A stretch of DNA of 63,918 nt, filler included, from Chiloscyllium plagiosum (taxonomy: Eukaryota): the NCBI RefSeq assembly GCF_004010195.1. It is 5 parts of one record of this genome, joined end to end, with 100 filler letters (N's around TTAATTAATTAA, not from the genome) between each part and the next. Parts side by side here need not be neighbours in the genome. Positions count along the whole stretch, not along the records: positions 45,023 to 59,114 come from NC_057713.1; positions 59,215 to 63,918 come from NC_057713.1; 3 more parts are not named here. The stretch is one strand, 5' to 3'. Shown here one piece after another: positions 48,606 to 60,553 of this stretch (position 1 is its first letter; each line of letters starts with the position of its first letter). Both the position numbers and the translations under genes were made by a program. Under the pieces are notes generated by a model. The model was given only the letters and a program-made list of their open reading frames with translations, did no database searches and was not told the DNA's origin.

Positions 48606-49740
48606 ATATAATATCCTCATATTGCATAGCTATCATTACTTATATTATTGAAAAATGTAGTTCCCACATTTATCCAACCATATGGGGATGTTTCACTCAC
48701 CCAAAACATAGCAACCATTGTTTATTTCCATTATAAAAGTGCCTTCTGGCAGAAACACATGTTCATTTAATTGTTTGTACCTTATTCAGCAGCAATTCAT
48801 TTGCATACTTCATCACCTCTCTCTCATGTAAGGCCATGAGTTGAGTTTCAGTAACAAGCATGCTGAATGAGTAAAAGCATGATGTTAAGGTGCAATTACC
48901 TTTAAGGAGCGTGGGATTCAAGTTCAACAGATCAACTTGTTATTAACAATTTCAAACAACCCTTTTCAAATTTAAATATCACATTTCTGGAGGGCATCGG
49001 AATTGAACCAATGGCTTTTGGTTCAGCGAAAGAGACACTAACTCTGTGCCACAAGACTTTCAGGATGATTTGTTACAATTGTACTCAACAGTAACAATGC
49101 TAGCCAAGCTCATTCAACTCATACAGTAAAGAAATTACATTCATATTCATAAATCCACTATAAATGGACAACTTTATATCAGTACTAAATGTTTGGAAAC
49201 AATGCATTGAAAGGTTAATATAGTCAATTGTGAGGAAGGTGAAAGAAATGTCTAGCCAAACACTAGAGGAATAGTATACCATTTTCACATTCATATAGAA
49301 TCCCTTCCACTCATTGTATCCTTTTTAATCAGATATGATATCTCTGATACCTGACTCATATGTGAAAATGTACACAAAATGCATATCATTCTTATTTACA
49401 ACATAATGTTTTCATTTAATTCTTATGTTTGAACTTAATGTTTTCCTTTCTTCCATTGCTTGCTGTTGCAAAATGATGCGATGTAATATGATTGTGCTTT
49501 GATACAATAGGGCTGTGCTCAATATTCAGATCAAGTCCCTTTAGATTCATGCATTGAAATCGGATAGACTTTTACCAAAATGTGACATTCTACAGTCAAC
49601 ATTATTATGAGTCAAACAGCAATATGCAGAGGTGAGAAGATTCTAAACTGAATAATACAACTCAATTTCAAGTGCAGAAGAGAAGGCTTTATTCCTTCAA
49701 GGTGTCTATTTTTCACATTTGGAATAAGAGTGAAACATTG

Positions 49741-50095
49741 GGGGTCGGTGGCACAGTGGCTCAATGGTTAGCACTGCTGCCTCACAGCACCAGGGACCTG
49801 GGTTCAATCCTACCCTCAGGCAACTATCTGTGTGAAGTTTGCACATTTTCCTTGTGTATGCATGGGTTTCCTCCAGGTGCTCTGGCTTCTTCCCACAGTC
49901 ACAAAAATGTGCAAGTTAGGTGAAACAGCCATGCTAAATTGCCCATTGTGTTCAGGGATGTGTAGGCTAGTTGCATTAGTCGGGTAAATGTAGGATAATA
50001 GGGTAGGGGAATGGGTCGAAGTAAGTCACTCTTCAGAGGGTCAGTATGGACTTGTTGGGCTGAAGGGTCTGCTTCCAAACTGTAGGGATTCTGTT
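49741..50095 (+). mobile_element. Full-length V-SINE (HE1-like)
   Basis: TGGCTCAATGG A box, GGTTCAATCC B box, V domain, CR1-like tail. Confidence 0.88.
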
Positions 50096-50142
50096 TAAAA
50101 AAAAAATTGGCCCTTGAATATGCTCTACTGTGAAGACCATAT

Positions 50143-50980
50143 CAAAGAATCCCTACATTGTAGAAACAGATCATTCAGCCCATTGAATCCACACCAAATC
50201 CCCCAAAGAGCATCCTACCCACACCCAGTCCCATACTCTATCCCTATAAACCTGCATTTCCTGTAGTTAATCTACCTAGCCTGCAGATCCCTGGACCCTA
50301 TAGGCAAGTTAGCATGGCTGTGAGAGGTAATTTCGGTTTAAACTTTAAGATGTGCCTGGACCACAGACTGATCTATAATAGAAGACAAAACCTTTGTTTC
50401 TTTTCTAACAACCATTTTATATACTCAAAAGTAGAGTAGTTTAAATTGTGCAGAATGCTGACAATTTGTGAGCGATAGTAAAAGCAGGCAGGCTCTTGAT
50501 TAATGAAGCCATTCACACAGCAGAGAAGGATAAGTCCTTGGCTGATAAGACTCCAGGATGGGAGTACGACTTGAGACATCTGTTTTGATAAGACCACAGG
50601 GTGAGAAAAACAACAAACTTTGGAGACTCTGGAGCCTTTTGTTGCAGACTTTGTGATAAAAATAATGATGTTTTTAAGAATGTGAACCTCATGGCTTGTT
50701 GGAGCCAAGGAGAGGAGGGACTTGTCCTATAAATAATGGAGACTTTGTAAGCCTCAGCGCGCCTTTTCTTTAAGGGTGCCCGACTCTGCAGACTTGACTT
50801 GTTAATAAAACTTTGTTTTCCTGAATTTGTCTAGAGCGATTATTGAGAAGCGATTTTCGTTTCTAACAATGGCTAATCCACCTAATTACCCATCTTTGGA
50901 CTATGGGAGGAAACCAGAGCACTTGGAGGAAACCCACAAGACATGGACAGAATGTCCAAACTCCACACAGATAGACTGTT
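50143..50980 (-). mobile_element. V-SINE split by a solo LTR
   Basis: SINE sequence ..TTAGCATGGC resumes as ATGGCTAATCCACCTAA after the LTR. Confidence 0.82.
50319..50868 (+). repeat. Solo LTR (550 bp)
   Basis: TGTGAGA...TCTAACA ends; TATAAA 50728-50733; AATAAA 50804-50809; 5-bp TSD ATGGC at 50314-50318 and 50869-50873. Confidence 0.88.
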
Positions 50981-53329
50981 AATGTATCTTTCAGTTTTTT
51001 TCTGTAATTTTGATTGTGGACTGAAATGGAAAGAGGACAAAATGAAGTTAAAACCAAAGATTGCAATGAGGAAGATTGCACTTAATAGCAAGTTCTCTGA
51101 CACTTATCTAAGGTGCTGTTTACACAACTGTTTCTTCAAGCATTGGGGGAAGTCTGGTCACAGACATGTTGGAGCCATGGGATGAGTACAAATGGAAATT
51201 TAGCCAGCAAAGTGCAGATAATTAGTCTGACAAATTCTGGATGACAAAGGCCTGTCAACAACTCTGTGATTGCCTTCACGGTGGCTGAACAGCTTGTGGT
51301 TGTTACACTTTGGGTCAAAAGCCAACCAGAAAAGAAGGAGCTATCCTTTACTCTCTGCTATGATAAAAACTCCCTCAAACCTGAAGGACAGTTTATTTCC
51401 CCTCATCAGTCTTTGCAAACTGTGGCTTATAATCTATAAGTCAGTTAGTTCCGAAGTGGGAACTCCTGGAATTGAGTCAAAGTATCTGTAGATGAAAAAT
51501 TGAGGAGCAGCAGCTCCTGACAAGTCAAAAGGTTAATCTCAGAGAAGTCTGTGGACATGGACCTCTGAATTGCCTGTCCAGTCATTCTTGCTGTCCAAAA
51601 CACCCCATGTCTTTTTTTTGTTTCTCTCTGTCTGTACATATGTATATGTGTAGGGGAAGTCGGTTCGAGTATGAAAAAGGTTAAGATTATGTCAGTTTAG
51701 CCAGCTATTAGTCATGAGTAGAGAAGCTTTGTGGCTGTCGTGACATGATATAGTTGGTGAAAGATAAAGCTGGATTGCCAACATTTGTCCAAGAGGACAG
51801 TGGCCCTTTCTCTTGTGACCCTTTCCCTCATCTTAGCTGTTGTCTAAATACTTGCCATACAACTTACATGTTCAGAATTTCTACCAGAGAGGCCATGGGA
51901 TGGTAAGGTGACATTTATCTCACCTGGGGGCTGATAGTCACAGCAATATTGGATCCAGTTGGACATGGACCATAGATGGAGAATGGAGTTCAGTTTTGGG
52001 CACTGAATTTTAAGAAGGATGTATTGAGACAGCGGAGCATGGTTTCAGAGTTATCCTTAATTCATTCAACACTTAGGGTTAATGAAAAAGAAGCTTGGTT
52101 GGAGTGTATAATTGATGGCTGATTTAGTATCGATCACATTGCACCAGTACCAAATTTGGAAGTACTACATTCTGAGTGGAACTTCTAACTAATGTTGAGT
52201 TAAGAAAGCATATGTACTGTAATATGAAGCTCACTGGAAATAGAATTAGGCTGCCCAAGCTCTGTATCCAGCAGACAAAGGGAGAGGCAATTCCAATTTT
52301 GGCGAGGTTTAAAAGACATTCTGAAGGAAGAATGGACACAAAATGAATAGGATGTTACACGTAACTATCTCCTAACCCCATTGTACCTTCCTTTAACTGT
52401 ATATTTTGAACCAATCCATTAATTGAATAAAGATGCAGTAGGGAGTCAGTAATGTACTCAACAGGAGAGGGCACAACACTATCATGTTCTTGATCTCATC
52501 ATGCTGATAATGAAATTTGCTGAGATAAGGAAAATATTGAGAGAACCTTTTGTATTTTTGACTCAGGTCAGGAGGGTTTGTTGAGTAGGGTTTCTCAGTG
52601 CAAGGCCTAGCATGTTTCCTCACCACATCTTACCAACTTGTTTCATTAATTACCTCAGTCAGCCCCCTCATCTAATTTGAGCTCCATTCAATCATTCACC
52701 ATTCCTCACCAGATATTACCTGAAATACCAATATCCCTAGCACCAGTGGCATTTTTAAAACACCGCTGCAACCCTGGACAAGCATTGCTAATCTGGCTTT
52801 GCCCTTCACCGGCAATGTCGTGGCACAGTAGCGTCATAGCCGTACTGCTCATGGTATATAACTGGCTTAAGTGACACTTGGCAGGATAACTTTAGTCACT
52901 GTTTAAGCACTCAGCCACACAGTTTACCTGATCATAGCTACATCCTATCCAACCATTATCTACGTGCTCACTGCAGACCCACAGGTTGTCATTGTCCACT
53001 TCACAGACAGGTAGGCAATTGGACAATTCTGACAATTCCAAACATAAGCTGTTATCTACAGTCAGCAAAACCAAAAACAACTTTAAAATATGTAGAATCC
53101 TGTTCATCAGCATAATGAAAATAAAATAATGGCATCATGACCAACAATTATCTTACGGGCTGTCCATTGCACCCAGCTCTCATTTACTGGAACTGAGTGT
53201 CCATCAGGTCCTGTCTAGATTGTAGCACCCAAAGCAACAGGGCTCTGTCATGCACAGGGAGATTTTCCTCACCCTCAATTTTCCCATCTCCCTCCTCCTC
53301 CTGCTCAGAAGACTGTTCCCAGTTTCTCA

Positions 53330-54260
53330 GCAACTTTAATATTGCCATGTCCTCCGCTCCAATCGTACAGAGCGCAGCAGGCCAGGATGAGGCAGCCCTC
53401 TCTGTCCAGACAACACAGAAGGGACGCTCTCCTGCAAACCAGTGAACCTAATTTTCATCAGCCCAATCATCTGCTCCAGCCACAGCCCTAGTTGAAGAAT
53501 GATCAGCATTGTCCCTGTACCCTATACCATCCTGGGGATTGCACAATGGTGTTATTGGCCCTGGTCATATTGGGAGCCCTTGTCCCTCAGTAAGCATCCT
53601 TGTGAGACCTGGAGCCTCAAACATACCAGAGAGTGCCCCAGAATGTGGGAATCATGGCTGCTGCCAGGATAGTGATCACAGTTCACCTGAGTATGAATGG
53701 AATGGAAGCCCCTTTCTGTTGATGAATTCTGTCATGTTGTGATATGGCACTGTCAGTGCCATGTGTGTGCAGTCAATGGCACCATGTACCTAGGGGAAGC
53801 CAGCCGCATTTCCGTTTTCGGAGCTGCAGCACTGACCACATCACGAGGAAACAAAATGAAATGCTGTGATCTTGCACACAGAGCATTGGTCACTGTCCTG
53901 GTGCATCAAGAGACCCCACTTGGGTTGCCTATCATTCCCTGGAAGGAGTCACTTGCATTGAGTGCTCAGCCTGGCTGTTGACCTTCCCAGCCAGCAAAAA
54001 ATACTGGATTTTCACTCCTACCCTCAGGACCCACCAAAACAATTGGAATAGATCTGTCACAATGTTCAAACGTACAGAGCCTCCATCAATAATCCCCTCA
54101 CTCATCCCCAGGAAACAGTCATATATGAAAACTTCTGGTCCTCCCATGGCCTCACCATCTCCTTGTGGAAACCTGAAGCTGTGACCGCTGCTTGAGCTCG
54201 GTATACCTTGGCCTCTATAATGGCTTATTGGTAATTTGGGCTTGCCATCAGCCCTGATCC
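53330..54260 (-). pseudogene. PIF/Harbinger (HARBI1-like) DDE transposase remnant
   Basis: Minus translation AGFP*VHGAIDCTHM..FINRKG, HYPGSSHDSHIL, LRDKG, HSSTRAV..EQMIGLMKIRF with frameshifts. Confidence 0.82.
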
Positions 54261-57200
54261 TCCTACACCCACCTGCACATTCCAAAGAAAGGTAGCTGCA
54301 GTGACCAATATCCCATCAGTGGCTGGATACTTGTTAGTAATGACCAATGTTGGGAACATAAGGAACAGAATAAGTTCTTAGTCCTGAGAACAAGACAGTG
54401 GTGGTTTACCCTGCAGATGAGGGCTGCACACTGTAGTCCAGACAGTGACATGCTACACCCTTATATTGAGGGCCATCTCTCCAGCATTCATTCAGCTTCA
54501 GTCTCTGCATCTGCACCAACTTGCTGTTCCAGCCGAGTGAGAATTATATAACAACAAATGGTTGTGTTTACTGAGCTCCAAATCCTTCCTATCCCAAATC
54601 CAAATCAACAATCCAACTTGACACTGCATTCAATAGAGTCTATTCTAATACTTAAATGACCAAAGATGTAGCAGAAAATTCCACCTCCCTTTGTTCCCTT
54701 GCAAGTTTCACAAATTATGCTTCACTTTTGGACAACATCCACCTCTATTTAAGTTATTGCCACTAACCTCTGCATCATTGAGATGCCTTCAGTTTACAAG
54801 TATCAATGGCATGGTGCAAATGACCTTTGGTTGCATTTGCTCCAAATCTCATTCACTTTTGCATGGACAATATAATGATTGTAAATTAAATGTAGCTGAT
54901 GTTTGCAAGTCTGTGTTTCATGTACTTGCCCCTTTGATGTCCTAGCATCAGCAAGTGTGGAGCCTGTGCATTTATCCATTAAAGTGTCACTGACTCTGCT
55001 CACATTGGGCATTGTCCTCGATATGTTTCTGTTGCAGTTAGCAACTTGTGAACAGCCAGTGATGGCAGGGAGCACAACTCATTATGGACACAGTGAGCAA
55101 TGCCCTCTGCTTGGTCACTAGTTACTCTGCAAAGTTGCGCTGCTCTCTTTATGCTTAACCCAGGCAACTCATTTTTACTCTTTCTCTTTCATGTTCAAAC
55201 TCTCCACTGTTTTGAACTTTACCTCCAATTTTCCTCCTTGTTGCCTGAGCCCTGATATTATAACTTACTGGTGCCCCCTGTGGTCCTGTCGGTTCTGCCT
55301 GTGGAGGCCACCACAGTGGGCAAAGCCAGTAATCCCCTCTCCCATAGATTGCTATGACCATAATGGAATGCCATACCTATACTATACCTCAACTTTAGCT
55401 CCAGTCATTGTGCTTGCCTCCACCTCAGCATTTGCCTCTACTTCACAACCTCCAGGCCTTGCTTACTCATCCCCTGGTGGGAATGAGGCCCCTTTTGCCC
55501 TGACAGCCCCCCCCCCCCCCCAGTTATACCCTCCCCACCACTCGATGCACAGAATTCCAGTGGTGCATTCAGCCCAGGCCCCTGACCAACTTCAATGGGC
55601 AGCTTCTTGACATAACGAACCAGATCTCTGACCGCTGTCTTTCCAGCTTCCTGACTGACAAAATATGACTCTCCTGACTGCTTGGGATGGCCCAACAGGA
55701 TGGACTATTGCCCACTCCCTGGACTGTAGTCAGTCATGCAGCCTGACCGTGACTTCCCTAATGAGGTGACCAACCATGTCCGAGTCCCTGTAACTGACAG
55801 TACCAGGATTGACAGCAGATCCCCTTGCCTGGACTGAGGGTAAGCCCCCACATACTTGTGAAATGACTATTTGGTTGGATAAGCTTGCAGAGAGATTGCC
55901 ATGCAGTCAGCTGATACATGCTGCAGGTTTCGGATTGACATCTCACCGTTCTGCACAGCAAGATGTTACCATCTCCTGGACAGATTCCCATCGCCAAATA
56001 TGACAAGTAATCTGTCTATTTGACTAGACAATCGAGCATGCCAATATAGCAATACTGACAGTCTTATGCAGTAGTCTCTTGGTGCTAGTTGCCGGTGAGG
56101 TGGGTGTCAACTTCTATAGAATCCTGCAAATGGATTCAGAAAGGTCCCATGAAAACCCTGAGGAGTTGGAAATTATCAGATGCCAATGCCCATGAACAAC
56201 TAGTGTGTGTGGCTTGTGCCAATGGATGCAGTTGCATGGTGACCAATATGGAGGCTCTTCTTAGTCATTGGTGTGGTTAAGCCACCAGGCATCCACTCTG
56301 ACTTCCATGTTGAGAACTCTCAGTCTCCAGGTTGCTGAATTGGTGGTACGATAGAAAGCAACATATTAATGAGGTGAGATTTACAACTGATAATGTGGTT
56401 AACAAGCAATAATCCCCTTTAGCAGGTGACTTACACTGCCTCATGAGAATCTCACCTTCACGTCCGGAACTTAGTTAAAAGATGCAGCAATATTGATCCC
56501 AACATTGGAAAGACCCTTGACTGATTTGTCGCGTGATTCCTCCACATTTCCTCCCAAAGCACACATCATTTGGGCCCCTGTAAGACTTCTCTCAGTAAGT
56601 TGATTTAAGAACTATCTTTCATCCTGTCTTAGGGCTGCAAGAGAGAACACGATCATGTGACACTGCATCACTTCCTTTTCTTGTTTCATTAGCCTATCAC
56701 ACAATGAGAATACTTATATTTCAGCCATCAAATACATATCAGTGTGGTACCATTTTCAGACTGGTTCAAAGTTCACAAAACATTAGCCTTTCCTTTCAGC
56801 AATCTGTGCTATTGAACATCTGTGGAGCACAGTAGTCAATCTGGTGCCGATTGTAAAAAAAATACAATCACGGTATTTGTCAGGCAGGCCTCAGCTGTGG
56901 TGAATTGTGATTTGCCATTCTGTTTCTCACCTCTCCCACAGAGCTGAAAGAAAGACAAAGATTTACATAAATTTAATCTGATGTTGCGTCTCTGGAAGGG
57001 ATCGCTGGAAGGGAATTGCATTCAAGTTATCTATTTCAAATGTCAGCTGCAATTTATTTGCAACATTTCTTGCCAACCGTGGCAATGATATCTTCAGACT
57101 GCTTTCCCTCCTGCTCCTCAAAGTCATCTAAATGTCAGGAACTTGCTCTAGCATAGCACTGCTTTCTCAGGAATTCATTAAGACCATAGAGCCATAGAGT

Positions 57201-58249
57201 TCTACAACACAGAAATTGGTAAATGGTATTGCAACATTTGAACTATTTGCCACCTATCCTTAGACCTTTTCATTAAAAATGTTATTATTTTTAATGTAGT
57301 TACCTTCATTAAGTAAAATAAATTATTTGCATTTCATAAGATGAGAGAGAGAGAGCATCTACCAACCCTTTTACATTAACCTTTCTGTGTTTCCAGTATT
57401 GAGAAATATCAGGAAGAGAAACAAATAAAATAACATTGGAAATCAATAAAGTGTATGGATTTCAGGACAACAACTGCAAGGAGCAAAGAATGCAGAACTT
57501 TACCTACTGTTATTGATGTGATCTGAGGCATTCTTCAATACTTTACATTTGACATTGTCGCCCTGTTGTTCAAAAATTATTCTTCTGAAGCTTACAAACT
57601 CACTTAGGAAAGGGCCTCAAAGCAAGAGTGGCTTGCCTGCTGTCAGGATCAATATTTGGTGGCATTTTGGTGGCTATGTATAATAATGAATAGTTGTGAA
57701 AGATTATCTTGCTAAAAAGCTTCACCCCACAGATGAATAAGTTACTGTCAATATTGATGTAGTGCAGGATCAGATTGCGTTGTTCATTTTGATTTTATCA
57801 AAGCCGGAATAAAACAAGTACAATCAACATGAAATGAAAAGAGGTTGTTAAATCACAAACAAAGAGAATATAGCATTCCAAGTTGTTATGAAAGTTTAAA
57901 GTCTTTCACAGCCAACTAATGATTTTCAAGTACTGCAGGTTCCTGCTATCCTTATTCAGAGTTATTCCACTTTAACACCATGCATATAATTGTGTATATA
58001 CTCTCGCTATTGGATCTTCCATTTTCGCATTGTTTTGCTTGAGGCCTGAGCATTTGTGAAGCAATTGGCGCCATTTTGGAATAATTTCAAGGTGTTTGAT
58101 CACACTCAATGTGACAGTGACGTTTTCTTGAAACCACGCAGTGTTGTTTTATGTGATAAATATCTATACCCGCGGCAATTTCCTCAAGAGTGAAGTTAAA
58201 GAGAAATGAAGTGAGCAAAGTGAAGTGCAGGTGCTTAGTTCTTTGAAAA

Positions 58250-58900
58250 TGAATCACAGGCAGACAGGGTGGTGCAGAAGGCATTTGGCACACTTGCCTT
58301 CATTGGTCAGTACATTTAGTGTAGGAGTTGGCATGTCGCATTGCAGCTGTACAGAACATTGGTGAGGACACTTTTAGAATACTGCATTCAATTCTGGTCT
58401 CCCGGCTATAGGAAAGATGTTGTTAAACTTAAAAGGGCTCAGAAAAGATTTACAAGCATGTTGCCAGGGTTGGAGGGTTTCAACTACAGGGAGAGGCTGA
58501 ATAGGCTGGGACTTTTTCCCTGGTGCATCAAAGGCTGAGGGGTCCCCTTATAGAGGTTTATAAAATCATGAGGGGCATGGATAGGGTAAATAGCTAAGCT
58601 CTGTTTTACCAGGGTAGGGAAGTCCAAAACTAGAGAGTATTGGTTTAAGATGAGAGGGGATAAAAGGGTCCTAGGGGGCAATGTTTTCACACAGAGGTGA
58701 TGCGTATGGAATGAGCTGCCAGAAGAGGTAGTGGACACTGGTACATTTACAACATTTTAAAAGCATATGGATGGGTACATGAATAGGAAGGCCCAAAGGC
58801 TGGCAAAAGGGACTAGATCAGTTTAGGATACCTGGTCAGTGCAGATAGGTTGAACTAAAGGGTCTGTTTCCATTTTGTATAACTTTATGACTATAACTCC
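58250..58900 (+). mobile_element. CR1 3' fragment
   Basis: LYRTLVRTLLEYCIQFWSPGYRKD; tail TATGACTATAACTC. Confidence 0.88.
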
Positions 58901-58947
58901 ATAAAGCCTGGACCATTGATTTTAATACAGCTAACATAACTATACAT

Positions 58948-59114
58948 TCAAAGTTTGTGAGAAGATTTGTAGCTCGGGTGCTCGTTGTTGTGGTTCTGTT
59001 CGCTGAGCTGGGAATTTGTGTTGCAGACGTTTCGTCCCCTGTCTAGGTGACATCCTCAGTGCTTGGGAGCCTCCTGTGAAGCGCTTCTGTGATCTTTCCT
59101 CCGGCATTTGTAAT
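58948..59114 (-). mobile_element. Penelope-like element 3' end (family C relative), young
   Basis: GAGAAGATTTGTAGCTCGGG end motif shared with 39550 and 25570; CpGs retained. Confidence 0.82.
59023..59062 (-). ncRNA. Minimal type I hammerhead ribozyme motif (family C)
   Basis: GCA-CUGAGGA-U-GUCACC-UAGACA-GGGGAC-GAAA-CG-UC-UGC: core intact. Confidence 0.8.
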
Positions 59115-59214
59115 NNNNNNNNNNNNNNNNNNNNNNNNNNNNNNNNNNNNNNNNNNNNTTAATTAATTAANNNNNNNNNNNNNNNNNNNNNNNNNNNNNN
59201 NNNNNNNNNNNNNN
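59115..59214. other. Assembly gap spacer
   Basis: 44 N + TTAATTAATTAA + 44 N. Confidence 0.98.
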
Positions 59215-60553
59215 CGGCCGAAGACCTAGATTGGGGGCCAGAGGGTTCCCTTACCCGTTTTATAGCCGACAAGAATAAGAAACTTATTAAGGCTATGCTT
59301 CGCTCAGGCTGGGAACCCGCTGACCCGCTGGATGTACAGTGCAAGTGGTGGGCCCGCATGAAGAAAGATAGGTACGAGAAAGCTTGCGTCCTGGTGCTGC
59401 AGGCACACGTCAGGCTTGCTGGCAAGGTTCAGCTTTATGTCCAAGACAAGAAGCAGCAGGCCACGGAGCATCTAGAAACCCAGGCGCTTGCTGCCCGTAC
59501 AGTTTTACCAACCTTAACCGATGCACCCAGCGCCCCGCCATCCCCCACCTGGGACTGGGAGGGGCTCACGGACAATCAGGGCCCCCGGGAATCATGCTCG
59601 GGCTATGCCCGTGCAGCCCCGGTGAAAGTGGAATATACCCCCGGGGGAGGGGAGAGGGGCCAGGCCACGACCCTTGCCCATAACCCCCGCCTTAAGATGA
59701 CCTACGTCTCCCTGACCCCGGGCGACACCATGAAACATCTGGACAGGCTCCCCGCCCTTAAGCCCCGGCACAATAACGCAGAATTCTGGCAGAGGCTTGG
59801 GAGATGCAGATCTGCCACAACCTTCACAATAGGGACGTGGCCGGCCTGATTCGGACCAAACTCCCGGAGAACCTGTGGTCCAGGCTCTGGCCCGCACACC
59901 AGACCGGGTCCTGGTGCGCTGACCTCAGCGACAACCGTCGTGAACAGGAGGTTGCCCTCGCCAACTTCAAGGCTGATGTCAGCGAGGTGCTCGGCCATAC
60001 ACCGGTCGACTGGAAAGCCATTGTGGGTATCACTCAGAAACCTGGGGAGGGCGCCCAGGAATATGGGGTCTGCAAGTTTGAGGCATTCTGAGCACACAGC
60101 GGGGTTCCCGACGCTGATAGGCAGAACCCCGCATTCATTCAATTATACAAAGACAGTCAGAGCCCCGCACACCAGGCAGTCCTACGGACGGGCCTGGTGC
60201 CCTATGTCACCTTTGCAGAGCTTGAGAACTGGGCCATGACCATGGAGAGCCGAGCGGCGCCCGCTGTTGCGGCAGCTTCGACGGACGAACGGGAAATTGC
60301 TTCCGCTGCAAACAGCCGGGACACCGAAAAGCCCACTGCCCGCTCTCTTTCCAACGTCCCTGGAGCCAGAAGGGGGGCCGGCCACCCTCACAGCCCCCAC
60401 GACCAGGAACGCCCCAGACAAGGGGTCGACAGCGACCCCGGACCCCACAAGACCCGCAGCCCAAGCCCGAAACCCACCACCCCCGACTGGAATCAATTCA
60501 GTCGGGACCAGCTGCTCGAGCTTTTACAGATGCTCGCTCAACGCAAAGACTGA
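59215..60553 (+). pseudogene. gag: ERV-B gag (5' end in gap; one frameshift near 59800, stop at 60089-60091)
   Basis: PSAPP late domain; capsid-like YVSLTPGD..LDRLPAL; MHR-like TQKPGEGAQEYG; no CCHC knuckle; TGA at 60551-60553. Confidence 0.8.

Noticed and set aside
56840..57110. Possible conserved non-coding element with TTGCCA-N4-TGGCAA palindrome
   Set aside because: Conservation cannot be judged without alignments; a 6-bp inverted repeat is expected by chance.
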